DNA of 64,000 nucleotides from Candidatus Saccharimonadota bacterium (GTDB lineage Bacteria; Patescibacteriota; Saccharimonadia; CAILAD01; BJGX01): NCBI GenBank assembly GCA_016191105.1, contig JACPPH010000003.1, positions 15,492 to 79,491 of the forward strand, read 5' to 3'. Shown piece by piece: positions 28,427 to 38,192 of this stretch (position 1 is its first letter; each line of letters starts with the position of its first letter). The notes under the pieces were generated by a model. It saw only the letters and a program-made list of their open reading frames with translations, ran no database searches and was not told where the DNA came from. The position numbers and the translations under genes were made by a program.

Positions 28427-30403
28427 ATGCCGTATAATGTTGGTATGGGAGACAAAATATCCAGGCTAAAACCAGACCCCAGATATTGGCAGATTAGTGT
28501 TTGCAAATACCCATTAGCTGATGGCCAGAAGTTCACATATTCGTCTGATATCTGTGACCTCGGCATTGGCAAGATTGTAAAAGTTGGCTTTGGAAGGTCT
28601 GTGAGTTTGGGGGTGGTGTATGGTGCCGATGCCAGCCGTAATCAAAGCTTTAAAGTTTCGCCTCTGTCAGAGGTGCTAGATCTGCCCTCACTGCCTAGTC
28701 ATCTGTTAAAGGTAGCTGATTGGCTGCAAGCTTACTACGCTGCTAGCGCGCAGAGCACTTGGCAGACAGTGCTGCCAAGTAAGCTTGACCGAAACAGCCG
28801 ACTCAAGCCGTTTGTAGCTACAAAAACTAGTAACTTCAAACCCAACCGTTTAAGCCTTGCTCAAAATGAGGTCTTGGGCTGCATTGCAAACTCAAAGCAG
28901 CATAAGTTCTTACTTCACGGTGTAACGGGGTCGGGCAAAACCGAAGTCTTTCTACATTTAATAGATGATTGCCTCAGAGCCGGTCAATCTGCCATTTTAC
29001 TGGTGCCAGAAATTATGTTGACTACCCAGATGATAGATCGCGTGAGCCAGCATTTTTCGGGCGTTGTTGTGCTCCATTCTGGTTTAAGCCCTGCTCAGCG
29101 CCGAGCCAACTGGCGATATTTGCTAGATAACTCCCCCAATAAACCATTAGTTGTTTTGGGCACCCGCTCGGCAATTTTTGCCCCTCTGTTCAATTTGGGG
29201 CTCATAATTATTGACGAAGAGCACGAGCCGAGCTATAAGCAGGATTCCAGTCCGCGCTACAACACAGCTGCAGTGGCCGCGAAAATAGCTAACGATACTG
29301 GCGCCAAACTTATTTTGGCCAGTGCCACCCCTTCGGTTAGTAGTTATTTTTTAGCCCGGGTTGGCAAGCTCAAATTGCTAACACTTAATGATCGCTACCA
29401 GCGACACTCAGGTTTGCCCCAGACAGCTGTGGTTAAGCTTGATAGCTCTAAGCAACTGATTACCTCGGAGCTTAAGGCTGGCCTGCAAAAAACACTTGGC
29501 GAAAAAAAGCAGGCTCTGCTGTTTCTGAATCTGCGCGGCAGTGCAAGATCGCTAATCTGTACCGATTGTGGCCAGTCGATAAAGTGTCCGCGCTGCGAGA
29601 TTAGCTTGAGTTTTCATGCCGACAAAGCTAAATTACTTTGTCACTATTGCGGTTATTCGGTTACCCCTCCAGCAAAGTGCCCGAGCTGTGGCCATCACGA
29701 GCTAAGCTTTGTAGGGGCTGGGACCAAACAGTTAGAGACAAATCTGGCCACAATGTTTCCACTGGCCAAGATCGTTAGGGTTGACCGAGATAGCGCCAAC
29801 CCTGAGTTTTTACAAACAACCTATCGCAATTTTCGCGATGGCAGAATTGATATCTTAATAGGCACCCAGATGATTAGTCGCGGGCTAGATATCCCCTTTT
29901 TACACCTGGTGGGAATCATAAATGCCAACACTAGCTTAAGCATTGCCGACTTTTCGGCCAGCGAGCGCACTTTTCAGCTTACCGCTCAAGCGGCCGGCAG
30001 AGCTGGCCGCCGTAAACAGATTGGCGAGGTGGTTATACAAACATTCTCACCAGATAACCCGGCTATAGCGGCTGCAGCCAAACATGACTATGCTGGCTTT
30101 TATAACGCTGAAATTGAAAAACGCAGACAGTTTAATTACCCTCCCTTTGTATATCTGTTAAAATTAACTTGTACCCGTAAGGGTGATGCTGCGGCTCAAC
30201 AGGCTGCCACAATATTTAAGAATCAAATAAGTTCTCCGGGGCTGGTGGTGCTCGGCCCCACTCCAGCTTACCAAAAAAGTCTGGCTGGCAAGTCCCGCTG
30301 GCAGCTGGTGGTAAAGGCTCGCAACCGGTCTAAGCTTGTGGCGATAGCTCACAATCTGCCGTCTGGCTGGACAGCCGACTTAGACCCCATAAATCTTCTC
30401 TAG
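28427..30403 (+). CDS. priA: Primosomal protein N' (replication restart helicase PriA)
   Basis: Walker A LHGVTGSGKTEVF, DEEH box IIIDEEHE, and a Cys4 zinc-binding insert (CTDCGQSIKCPRC...CHYCGY...CPSCGHHE). Confidence 0.9.
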   Translation: MPYNVGMGDKISRLKPDPRYWQISVCKYPLADGQKFTYSSDICDLGIGKIVKVGFGRSVSLGVVYGADASRNQSFKVSPLSEVLDLPSLPSHLLKVADWLQAYYAASAQSTWQTVLPSKLDRNSRLKPFVATKTSNFKPNRLSLAQNEVLGCIANSKQHKFLLHGVTGSGKTEVFLHLIDDCLRAGQSAILLVPEIMLTTQMIDRVSQHFSGVVVLHSGLSPAQRRANWRYLLDNSPNKPLVVLGTRSAIFAPLFNLGLIIIDEEHEPSYKQDSSPRYNTAAVAAKIANDTGAKLILASATPSVSSYFLARVGKLKLLTLNDRYQRHSGLPQTAVVKLDSSKQLITSELKAGLQKTLGEKKQALLFLNLRGSARSLICTDCGQSIKCPRCEISLSFHADKAKLLCHYCGYSVTPPAKCPSCGHHELSFVGAGTKQLETNLATMFPLAKIVRVDRDSANPEFLQTTYRNFRDGRIDILIGTQMISRGLDIPFLHLVGIINANTSLSIADFSASERTFQLTAQAAGRAGRRKQIGEVVIQTFSPDNPAIAAAAKHDYAGFYNAEIEKRRQFNYPPFVYLLKLTCTRKGDAAAQQAATIFKNQISSPGLVVLGPTPAYQKSLAGKSRWQLVVKARNRSKLVAIAHNLPSGWTADLDPINLL

Positions 30404-30949
30404 ATGGTACGAAAAATAGTTACAATTCCAAATCACATACTCCGTTCCAAGTCTAAGCGAATTGGCTTTGTTGATGATTCAATTAAAAAGCTGGCCGACG
30501 ACATGGTAGAGACAATTCTAAACTGGGACCACGACAGCGAGTTTGGCGCCGCCTTGGCAGCCATTCAGATTGCCGAGCCCCTAAAGCTGACGGTAGTGCG
30601 CAACAGCTTTGAAACTGGTGAGGACAAAACATTTACAACCCTTATTAATCCTGAAGTTATAAAAATCAGCCGTGAAACAGTGGTCGACATAGAGGGCTGC
30701 TTGAGCGTGCCAGGAGTTTATGGCCGGGTTCGACGAGCCCTAAAAATCAAGGTCAAGGCTTTGGATGCCAACAATCAACCAATCCGCTTAAGCGCCGAGG
30801 GTTTTGCCGCCCGGGTTATTCAGCATGAGATCGACCACATGGATGGTGTTATTTTTCTCGATCATGTGACTGATGCAAAAGACCTTTTCCATATCGACAA
30901 GGCCGGTCACCTGCGGCCACTCAAAGGCGACAAGCCAAAACTGCCATGA
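30404..30949 (+). CDS. def: Peptide deformylase
   Basis: Motifs G-AAxQ (FGAALAAIQI), EGCLSVPG and QHEIDHMDG. Confidence 0.9.
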   Translation: MVRKIVTIPNHILRSKSKRIGFVDDSIKKLADDMVETILNWDHDSEFGAALAAIQIAEPLKLTVVRNSFETGEDKTFTTLINPEVIKISRETVVDIEGCLSVPGVYGRVRRALKIKVKALDANNQPIRLSAEGFAARVIQHEIDHMDGVIFLDHVTDAKDLFHIDKAGHLRPLKGDKPKLP

Positions 30950-31842
30950 GCAAGCCTTCGATTGTTTTTTTTGGCGCTGGCCCTGTCGCGCTAGCATCAC
31001 TTAAGTCCTTGCAAGACAGCTTTCATGTTGAAGCGGTTATTACCAAGCCGCGCATTGGCAGTCATAAGGCAGAGATTTTAGATTACGCGCAAGCACAAAA
31101 GCTTCCACTTCACGCGTTCGCCAATAAAGCTGAACTAGCTCAACTTTTGGACACCCAATCGTTCCAAAGCTCAGTTGGTGTGGTTGTAGACTATGGCATA
31201 ATTATTCCCCAAAGCGTAATCGATAAGTTCGACAAAGGAATCGTAAACAGTCACTTTTCGCTTTTGCCGCAGTGGCGTGGTGCCGACCCAATAACTTTTG
31301 CAATCCTCTCTGGCCAAAAACAAACCGGCGTGAGCTTAATGTTGATAGTTGAAAAGCTCGACGAAGGTCCGCTTTTGGCTCAAGAAAAGTTGGTAATAAG
31401 CCCAGAAGATACAACAGAAACTTTAACACATAAGCTTGTAAAGCTAAGTAATAAAATGCTTGCTGGAGTTCTTCCAAAATACCTGAGCGGAGACGTTAAG
31501 CCAACCGCTCAAAAAGAAAGTAATGTGTCTTACTCTCGCCTGCTAACCAAAGCCGACGGCAAGCTTGATCCCGCCAAATCAGCCGAGCAACTAGAACGAG
31601 AGGTTAGGTCTTACCAGCCATGGCCCAAAAGCTATTTTGAGTGGCAGGGACAGAATCTTATTGTCACCAAATCAGCTGCTTCCGAAGTCGGTGTAGATCC
31701 GGGCAAGCTAGAAATTAATAATGGCAAGCTCCACTTAGGCTGCAAAGACGGCAGTTTGGAGATTCTCGAAATCCAGCCGGCCGGTAAAAAGTCTATGGAT
31801 GCCAAAAATTTTATTAACGGATACAAAAGTCTTTTAGACTAA
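30946..31842 (+). CDS. fmt: Methionyl-tRNA formyltransferase
   Basis: Formyltransferase N-domain with SLLPQWRGADPI plus a C-terminal tRNA-binding domain. 4-nt overlap with def. Confidence 0.9.
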   Translation: MSKPSIVFFGAGPVALASLKSLQDSFHVEAVITKPRIGSHKAEILDYAQAQKLPLHAFANKAELAQLLDTQSFQSSVGVVVDYGIIIPQSVIDKFDKGIVNSHFSLLPQWRGADPITFAILSGQKQTGVSLMLIVEKLDEGPLLAQEKLVISPEDTTETLTHKLVKLSNKMLAGVLPKYLSGDVKPTAQKESNVSYSRLLTKADGKLDPAKSAEQLEREVRSYQPWPKSYFEWQGQNLIVTKSAASEVGVDPGKLEINNGKLHLGCKDGSLEILEIQPAGKKSMDAKNFINGYKSLLD

Positions 31843-32002
31843 ACTTGGGTACGCGGGGGCGATGTTGTTGCACGCGTTCTTGGCGTCGGTCGATGCGGGG
31901 GCGGTGCTGGGCGCCGGTCGCCGCCCGGCGAATGTCTTCGTCGCTGGCCTCGCGGTCGACTCCCAGCACATCGTAGTAGGTCGGCTGATCCGTCTGAGCC
32001 AT
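31814..32002 (-). pseudogene. DnaJ J-domain N-terminal fragment (gene remnant) in GC-rich mosaic DNA
   Basis: MAQTDQPTYYDVLGVDREASDEDIRRA... matches the start of J-domains (DYYEVLGV...A..EIK.AYRKLA..HPD). It then diverges with no HPD motif, consistent with a frameshifted or degraded remnant. Confidence 0.3.
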
Positions 32003-32527
32003 CGCTGCTTTCGCACCCTTCTTTGTCCGCTACAGCGGCACGACAAGCGCGATGGCGCGTGAGCGCACCGTCTGACGCCCGACGCTACCAAACCCAGCCG
32101 GCCTGATCTCCGGAGCAGTTCCTTCCTGAGACGGCCACCTCCCGGAGAAACGCGAGCCCAGGTGCAATACGCTGGTGGGCTTGACCCGGGAGGCCGCCAT
32201 CATGGGGCCGGCATGGTCTCCAGACTCCGACTGCTCACCTCAGGTACGAAGAGTTTCGTGCGATTGTCGACTCGGGTGCACCGATCATCGCCAGCGCTCC
32301 CAAGCGGAGCAGTCAGGCTGATCCGCTGCGAGTCGTCGCTCGGGCGAAGAATGTCATTGTCAAAGACTCTCACGCCTATGTCGTTACAGGAATGGCAACG
32401 GACGGTACTGTCACATTGCGCAATCCGCACGGGACGGATCACCCAGAGATGATGTCCTTCGACACCTTTCGCCGTTTGTTTTGGCGAGTGCAATGGTGTT
32501 AGAATTGAATCGTAATGGAGACATAGC

Positions 32528-32845
32528 ATGAAGGATCATATGACGCTAAAGGGGAATCGAGTAAATCGTCTTGGGCACACCACTCTGTACCCACGAGATG
32601 CGGAGTTGCTGGATGGTGGCCTACTTGAGGCTGAGATTAGAGTTGGAAAGTCCGGAAATGATAGTTCCATTCGAGTTAAGGTTCGCGAAGGCTCCATTCT
32701 AGCGATTGAAGGCTCCCCAGATCTGGGCGTTGAAGAATCGCGATGGCGGGTGACCTCCATCACGGAGACCGACGAACCGGATGGCAACTTCGAGCCTGGC
32801 TCGCAAGAAGGCATCATTATCGAGCTGGATCGCGTCCAACCGTAG
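32528..32845 (+). CDS. Hypothetical protein (105 aa)
   Basis: GGAG 8 nt upstream of the ATG. Acidic, about 55% GC, no known domain. Confidence 0.4.
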   Translation: MKDHMTLKGNRVNRLGHTTLYPRDAELLDGGLLEAEIRVGKSGNDSSIRVKVREGSILAIEGSPDLGVEESRWRVTSITETDEPDGNFEPGSQEGIIIELDRVQP

Positions 32846-33125
32846 AGCAATGAGCCTATTCTGGCAGCTCGCCCGAAGCCGAACCATCGATCCTTGCTCG
32901 TCGACTGACGCCTCTCGGGGCAGTCATTAGGGTCGGCATGGTGAGCGCCCTAATGCGATGTGCGCAAACGACGTCGCCAAACCAACCACCGAAGCTTGCC
33001 GCCACGATGGCCGCAATCCCGTACACAACTATCCAGAACCAGCCCGAGAAATCGCCCCAGTCCCAGGCAATCTCGAAGCCTGTCGAGAGCTGAGTCACGC
33101 CATCGCCGGCCAGGAGGACAGTCTG

Positions 33126-34274
33126 ATGATCAAGCTGTGGCAGTTCGGCGTCAATCCTGACGACAAGAGCAAGGTGACCAGCGTGCTCGGCTACCGGTCG
33201 GTCGGATCCATCGGACTCATGAATAGCGTCATGGTGCTCATGACCCTTTGCGCAAGCTGGTTCTTGCGAAGCGCTGGTAGTTCTGGGAAATCGGCCAGCG
33301 ACAAGGCCGGAATCTATGCGCAGCTCATGTTCGGAGCGTTTGCGTTCACGACTGTCGTGTTCATCTGGGTCGTCCAACTCACGATAAAAGTGTATGCAGT
33401 GCTGAGTCCAAGTTTGTGTACTAATATAGTCTTAATGAGCAAAGACTATAAGCACAGCCCGCTAAAGCTAGTCCAAAATAGTAAGGTTGTATTCACTTCG
33501 TTTTCTAAGCACAGCTTCTATTTGCGTTCCGACATTTCACGCTTTGCATTATTGCAAGACTGTACGCCTATTAGCCCATTTATGAATTTCGACTACAACC
33601 TGGCCGGGCTGGTAGATAAGGACTTGATGAGGATTGCCAACAACTCGCTCATAAAAGTCTGCGACGAGCTTTGGGTTTTTGGTGAAGTTAGTGATGGTGT
33701 GTTGGTAGAGATTTATCTAGCCCAAAAGGCCAACAAAAAAGTACGCTACTTTCACAAGAGCCGTTCGCCTAGAGAGTTTAAAGAGGTTGAGGTAGATGAT
33801 GTTACGCTCGAAGATGTTTCGCCCTGGATGTGGGACTGGATCCTGGCTGGTAAAAATCTGTCGCGCTGGCATCCTCGCTTGCGATTTTACAAAAGCTATC
33901 CGATTGTTTACCCGGCTTACTCCAAACGCAACTTTTATTGGCAAATGCACATTAGTCAATTTTGCCTGGACAATCACATGATTCCGCTAAACCCTTTTAT
34001 GCTTTTTAGATATTTTTGGGGTGACAGCGTACCGCGCGAAAAAGTTTACACCGCCAACAATAGCATAGTGCGCATTAGTGGCGAGGTATGGTCGTTTGGC
34101 GAAGTTAGCGATGGTGTTTTGGCTGAGATTAAGATTAAAAAAGATGCTGGTGACAAAACTCGATATTATAAAATAGCCAATACCAATCCTGTTTCATTTC
34201 GAAAGGTTAGCCCAAGTGGCGTTGAATTTGAAACCGAAGATCAAGATTTAGAACAGTTTAGAAAAATACTGTAG
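33126..34274 (+). CDS. Membrane-anchored protein with two tandem nucleoside 2-deoxyribosyltransferase-like (DUF4406-like) domains; apparent GC-mosaic/chimeric gene
   Basis: AGGAGG 8 nt upstream of the ATG at 33126. The N-terminal ~100 aa are GC-rich with two TM helices. From ~33400 the gene drops to about 40% GC and encodes two repeats sharing ...PFM.F.Y.......L.......NS...V..E.W.FGEVSDGVL.EI..... The longest ORF begins at 32958. Confidence 0.45.
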   Translation: MIKLWQFGVNPDDKSKVTSVLGYRSVGSIGLMNSVMVLMTLCASWFLRSAGSSGKSASDKAGIYAQLMFGAFAFTTVVFIWVVQLTIKVYAVLSPSLCTNIVLMSKDYKHSPLKLVQNSKVVFTSFSKHSFYLRSDISRFALLQDCTPISPFMNFDYNLAGLVDKDLMRIANNSLIKVCDELWVFGEVSDGVLVEIYLAQKANKKVRYFHKSRSPREFKEVEVDDVTLEDVSPWMWDWILAGKNLSRWHPRLRFYKSYPIVYPAYSKRNFYWQMHISQFCLDNHMIPLNPFMLFRYFWGDSVPREKVYTANNSIVRISGEVWSFGEVSDGVLAEIKIKKDAGDKTRYYKIANTNPVSFRKVSPSGVEFETEDQDLEQFRKIL

Positions 34275-34320
34275 CCAAACAGACCTGTAGCTAAAAGCTC
34301 CAAGTCTGCTCAGCACATTG

Positions 34321-34602
34321 CTATTCCGAGCTGCGCTCGTCCAGAAGCGCCTTAACAGCTTCGAGCAAAGGCACCTCTAGCACCTCAGCTGCACGCACTG
34401 CTACCCGTAGATCCCACTTGGGCTCCCAACAAAGACGATCCACTCCGCACGGGGCTAGCCCCAATGTAGGCGCAGCGGCTTCTCCGCCCAATTGCTCAAT
34501 CATGATCATGCATTCAGCCTGCAACATGTCTGCCAACTTGCACTCTATTGGCTGAGGAATGTACAGCTGATGTGGCTTACCAAGCCAGTCCTTACTAGAC
34601 AT
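34321..34602 (-). CDS. Hypothetical protein (93 aa), second gene of a small bicistron
   Basis: AAGGAAGG SD then ATG at 34602 (MSSKDWLGKP...). Its start abuts the stop of the upstream 65-aa ORF. Confidence 0.4.
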   Translation of the reverse strand: MSSKDWLGKPHQLYIPQPIECKLADMLQAECMIMIEQLGGEAAAPTLGLAPCGVDRLCWEPKWDLRVAVRAAEVLEVPLLEAVKALLDERSSE

Positions 34603-34603
34603 A

Positions 34604-34801
34604 TTACCTTCCTTTGTAGCTAACACCGATTGTCTTAAAAAGGTTCTTGAGGCAGCTGCAAGGACTAGCCTCAGCGTAGGGATCTTCAAGAGTCTCGGTT
34701 AGTCCCATGCGAACTTTCGTGCCCCAGCCGCCGCAATCCTCGTGCTGAGTTACCGCTTTGGCCGTCCTTTTGATCTGCTTGAGTTTTGCTTCGTGGTCCA
34801 T
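34604..34801 (-). CDS. Hypothetical protein (65 aa), first gene of a small bicistron
   Basis: AAAGGA 9 nt upstream. MDHEAKLKQIKRTAKAVTQHEDCGGWG.... No family recognised. Confidence 0.35.
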   Translation of the reverse strand: MDHEAKLKQIKRTAKAVTQHEDCGGWGTKVRMGLTETLEDPYAEASPCSCLKNLFKTIGVSYKGR

Positions 34802-34873
34802 TGGGCAAATCCTTTCAATGTGCCTGACTTTACTTTGAATTTACACAACAAACAAAAACAGCAAAACGTTTTG

Positions 34874-34891
34874 ATTCAAATTAATTTGAAT
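34874..34891. promoter_or_regulatory. Perfect 18-bp palindrome (candidate operator) in a divergent promoter region
   Basis: attcaaatt|aatttgaat lies between the minus-strand bicistron (start 34801) and the plus-strand wHTH gene (start 34925). Confidence 0.45.
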
Positions 34892-34924
34892 TACATTTGG
34901 GCTAGTTTACTGTATTCTAGGGGC

Positions 34925-35590
34925 ATGATGCACTGGATCCAAAAACATGTACTGCGCGATCTAGCCACACACGACACGCGGCGATATAAGGATTTAAGGC
35001 CACTCGATGTTGAGGGCAACATGTTTATGTACCATTTAGATCAGCTGGTTAAAGAAAAGCTGATTGAAAAGTCTAAATCAGGATATAAGCTGACAACTAA
35101 AGGCAAAACATTTGTAAGCAGCATGAGCCTGCAGGCTGGTGAACGCCGAATCCAACCGAAAATCGTAGTAATGCTAGATTGCAAAAATGCGAAAGGCGAG
35201 CAGCTACTGTTTGGTTGGCGACGCCAGCCCTATTATGGCTTGATTAGCCTGCCATTTAGCAAAACTCATTTTGGCAAATCAGTCGAAGAGACAGCCGCCG
35301 AAGAATTGAAAAATAAGTCTGGTCTTGAGGGAGAGTTTGCATATCGCGGTGATGTCTATATTCAAACCAACGAAGATAATGAAGCTATCGACCATATGCT
35401 GGCTCATGTCTTTAGCGTTACCAGAACAAAGGGTGAACTTTTCTCTGATGAGCTAACCGGCAAAGCCTTTTGGGGCGACCCTAACGAATATAGTGATGAA
35501 GAAGCGGTTGCTGGCTTTAATCAAATTCTGGGATTGCTACAAACAAAAAAGACCCCGTTCTTTGAAGAGATCATTGTTATTAATTCTTAG
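34925..35590 (+). CDS. Winged-helix + degenerate Nudix-like domain protein (possible NrtR-like regulator)
   Basis: N-terminal HVLRDLATHDTRRYKDLRPLDVEGNMFMYHLDQLVKEKLIEKSKSGYKLT resembles a wHTH. The C-terminal region carries an imperfect Nudix box, GKSVEETAAEELKNKSGL. The longest ORF starts at 34742. Confidence 0.4.
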   Translation: MMHWIQKHVLRDLATHDTRRYKDLRPLDVEGNMFMYHLDQLVKEKLIEKSKSGYKLTTKGKTFVSSMSLQAGERRIQPKIVVMLDCKNAKGEQLLFGWRRQPYYGLISLPFSKTHFGKSVEETAAEELKNKSGLEGEFAYRGDVYIQTNEDNEAIDHMLAHVFSVTRTKGELFSDELTGKAFWGDPNEYSDEEAVAGFNQILGLLQTKKTPFFEEIIVINS

Positions 35591-35641
35591 AGTCGGCTAC
35601 GCTTCTAATACCAAGCTTCTTTCCTAATGATTGTCATTAAG

Positions 35642-36010
35642 CTATTTCAAGTATGGCCTGAGTTTATCTACGACCTGGCTTGGTGTAAGGTCGGTCTTCA
35701 CAACGTAGTCGCGGGCGCCCAGGCTTTTGGCCTGTTCGATAGTTTGAGCATCCATAACATTGGTTAGCACAATCACTGGCAGGTCTGGCAACAGCTTCTC
35801 TTTTTTTAGCTCGGTTAGAACTTCAATACCGTTCATGTTGGGCATCATTAGATCTAGCAACATTAAGTCTGGCTTGGCCTGTTTGACTTTATCTAGAGCC
35901 ATGCGGCCATCGACTGCCTCGGTAACACTTAAGCCAGCTTTGGCTAGTTTAAGCTGGTACATGTTGCGGATAAAGTCGTTGTCCTCAACAAGCAAAACTG
36001 CTTTACTCAT
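35642..36010 (-). CDS. Stand-alone response-regulator receiver (CheY-like) protein
   Basis: 122 aa with VLLVEDND, the phospho-acceptor Asp in LMLLDLMMP, and a T...K pair (LTNV...K). Confidence 0.85.
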   Translation of the reverse strand: MSKAVLLVEDNDFIRNMYQLKLAKAGLSVTEAVDGRMALDKVKQAKPDLMLLDLMMPNMNGIEVLTELKKEKLLPDLPVIVLTNVMDAQTIEQAKSLGARDYVVKTDLTPSQVVDKLRPYLK

Positions 36011-36051
36011 AACCTAACTATAGAGCCTGCCGGACAGCCTGTCAATTTTAT

Positions 36052-36381
36052 TTAAGCCTGGTCTTTTTGCAGCAGTTGGCTTACCCGAGCTGAGTCGGCC
36101 AGACCACGGTCGAGCACAATCTTGAGCTTTGGAGTAAATTTACTAGTCAGACCGGCCGCGATTATGCTTTGAAGTCGGTTTTGGTGCTCTAAAATACCTT
36201 TATAAGCCTGTTCTTCGTTTTTGCCCAGAGCACTTATAAACAAGCCGGCATGCTTTAAATCGCCACTAACCTCGATCCGTACAACCGAAATCGTAGCTCC
36301 TAGTTCTGGCTGTAACTCTAGAAAGTAGGTGGCGGCTAGGCGCTCTATAGTAGCTGCAATTTTCTCGGTTCGTACACTCAT
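36052..36381 (-). CDS. rbfA: Ribosome-binding factor A
   Basis: 109 aa KH-like RbfA family. Immediately downstream of infB with a 4-nt overlap. Confidence 0.85.
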   Translation of the reverse strand: MSVRTEKIAATIERLAATYFLELQPELGATISVVRIEVSGDLKHAGLFISALGKNEEQAYKGILEHQNRLQSIIAAGLTSKFTPKLKIVLDRGLADSARVSQLLQKDQA

Positions 36382-38162
36382 AAACTTCGGGCGCGAGATT
36401 CACGCTTAACAAATACCATTGTGTCATTTAGCTCAATCGGTGCGGCAGTTGCCACCTCTAAGCCACATTCTTCGCCCTCGGTAACCTCCTTAGCAGCCTG
36501 CTTATCTTTTTGAAGGCTCAAAAGCTTGCCTTCGCCCACTTGCTTGCCAGCATGCAATATTTTGAGCTCCAAGCCCGGCGTGATTTTGCCGGTTATGACT
36601 TTGCCGCCGGTTACAACTTTTTGCTTAGTGGTTTTAAACAGGCCAAGCACTTTTAGTTGAGCCAGCTCAGTTTCAATTTCTTCGGGCGCTAACAGGCTGC
36701 TCAACCAATCCCTAACGTCATCGAGTAGTTCATAAATAATCTTGTAGAGTTTAAAGTCCACGCCCGAGCGCTTAGACAGCTGATTAACCGGTCCGTTGAT
36801 CGAGATATTAAAACCAAGCACGATGGCGTGAGCTGCGACTGCAGCGTTAATGTCGCTCTCGGTTATATCCCCAAGCCCTGAGCTAACTATTTTAACCCGA
36901 ACTTCGTCGTTGCCAACTAGCTCTAGCGAGTTTAGCAGAGATTCTAATGATCCTTGAGTATCGGCTTTTACTATTACTCCTAGCTCTTTAACTCGGCCAT
37001 CCACTACTGCCTTAGAGATGTCTGTTGAAGTCATTGTTTTGGCAGTATTTAGCGACTTGGTGCTGTTTTTGCGTTGCTGGGCAATAAACCAGTCTTTGGC
37101 AATCTTTTCGGATTGGACTTGTTCAAACCAGTCACCAAAGGCTGGCAGGTCTTTCAACCCAGCCACAACAGCTGGCATGGCCGGTGTAGCCTGCTTAATT
37201 TTTTGACCCAAAAAATTATCCATGCTCCGCAACTTGCCATAAGTATTGCCAGCCACAATCCAGTCGCCAGGCCGCAGAGTACCATTCTGAACCAACAGAC
37301 TGGCCACGGGCCCGCGGCCAGTGTCCAAATGCGACTCTATAACCACGCCCGTACTTAATGTCTCGAAATCTGCCTTGGGGTCAACAATATCGGCTACCAG
37401 CAATACCACATCTAAGAGCTTATCTAGACCCGCTTTTGTTTTAGCAGAGACCGGCACACAAGGAGTATCGCCGCCCCAATCATCTGGGGTCAGACCGGCC
37501 TCAGACAGTTCTTGTTTTACCCTATCTTGATCAGCGCCATCTTTATCGATCTTATTGATAGCCACCACCATACTTACACCGGCAGATTTGGCATGCTCTA
37601 TGGCCTCCTTGGTTTGCGGCTTGACACCATCGTCGGCGGCAACCACAATAATTGCAACGTCGGCTCGCTTAGCACCATGAGCGCGTAGAGCCGAAAAGGC
37701 TTCGTGGCCAGGGGTGTCCAAAAAAGTAATAGTGCGCTTATTCTTTGTGACCTGATAGGCGCCAATGTGTTGGGTTATTCCGCCCGACTCTCCAGCCGCC
37801 ACATTGCTTTCTCTTATGGAATCGAGCAAAGAGGTTTTGCCATGGTCAACATGCCCCATGACAGCTACAATCGGTGGCCGGGTCTGAGCCAAGTTAGAGT
37901 CACGATTGACCCTACCGGTGTTTGGGCGCTGCTCCTCTCCTTCTGGCTCGGCTACTATCTCAAACCCAAATTCAGCCCCAATAATCGAAGCTGTGTCAAA
38001 GTCGATTTGCTCGTTGACTGTGGCCATAACGCCGTTGTTCATGAGTTCGGCCACCACCTTGGCCACACTTACTCCCATGCGATCAGCAAAATCACTGACC
38101 CTAATAACCTGGGGCAGATTTAGTTGTTTGGCTTCATTGTTGGCTAGGTCTACATTGCTCAT
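36378..38162 (-). CDS. infB: Translation initiation factor IF-2 (short form, 594 aa)
   Basis: IF2 N-domain, then a G-domain (GHVDHGKTSLLD, DTPGHEAF, NKID) and C-terminal domains II-IV. Confidence 0.9.
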   Translation of the reverse strand: MSNVDLANNEAKQLNLPQVIRVSDFADRMGVSVAKVVAELMNNGVMATVNEQIDFDTASIIGAEFGFEIVAEPEGEEQRPNTGRVNRDSNLAQTRPPIVAVMGHVDHGKTSLLDSIRESNVAAGESGGITQHIGAYQVTKNKRTITFLDTPGHEAFSALRAHGAKRADVAIIVVAADDGVKPQTKEAIEHAKSAGVSMVVAINKIDKDGADQDRVKQELSEAGLTPDDWGGDTPCVPVSAKTKAGLDKLLDVVLLVADIVDPKADFETLSTGVVIESHLDTGRGPVASLLVQNGTLRPGDWIVAGNTYGKLRSMDNFLGQKIKQATPAMPAVVAGLKDLPAFGDWFEQVQSEKIAKDWFIAQQRKNSTKSLNTAKTMTSTDISKAVVDGRVKELGVIVKADTQGSLESLLNSLELVGNDEVRVKIVSSGLGDITESDINAAVAAHAIVLGFNISINGPVNQLSKRSGVDFKLYKIIYELLDDVRDWLSSLLAPEEIETELAQLKVLGLFKTTKQKVVTGGKVITGKITPGLELKILHAGKQVGEGKLLSLQKDKQAAKEVTEGEECGLEVATAAPIELNDTMVFVKRESRARSL

Positions 38163-38192
38163 TGGCTAAACTCCATCTTTGCCCCAGATCTT

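Noticed and set aside
32856-33377. 173-aa minus-strand ORF and several other 60-110-aa ORFs on both strands in 31830-32530
   Set aside because: GC-rich mosaic region. No SD. The frames overlap each other and the better-supported plus-strand gene starting at 33126. Treated as chance ORFs, except for the J-domain and peptidase-like fragments noted separately.
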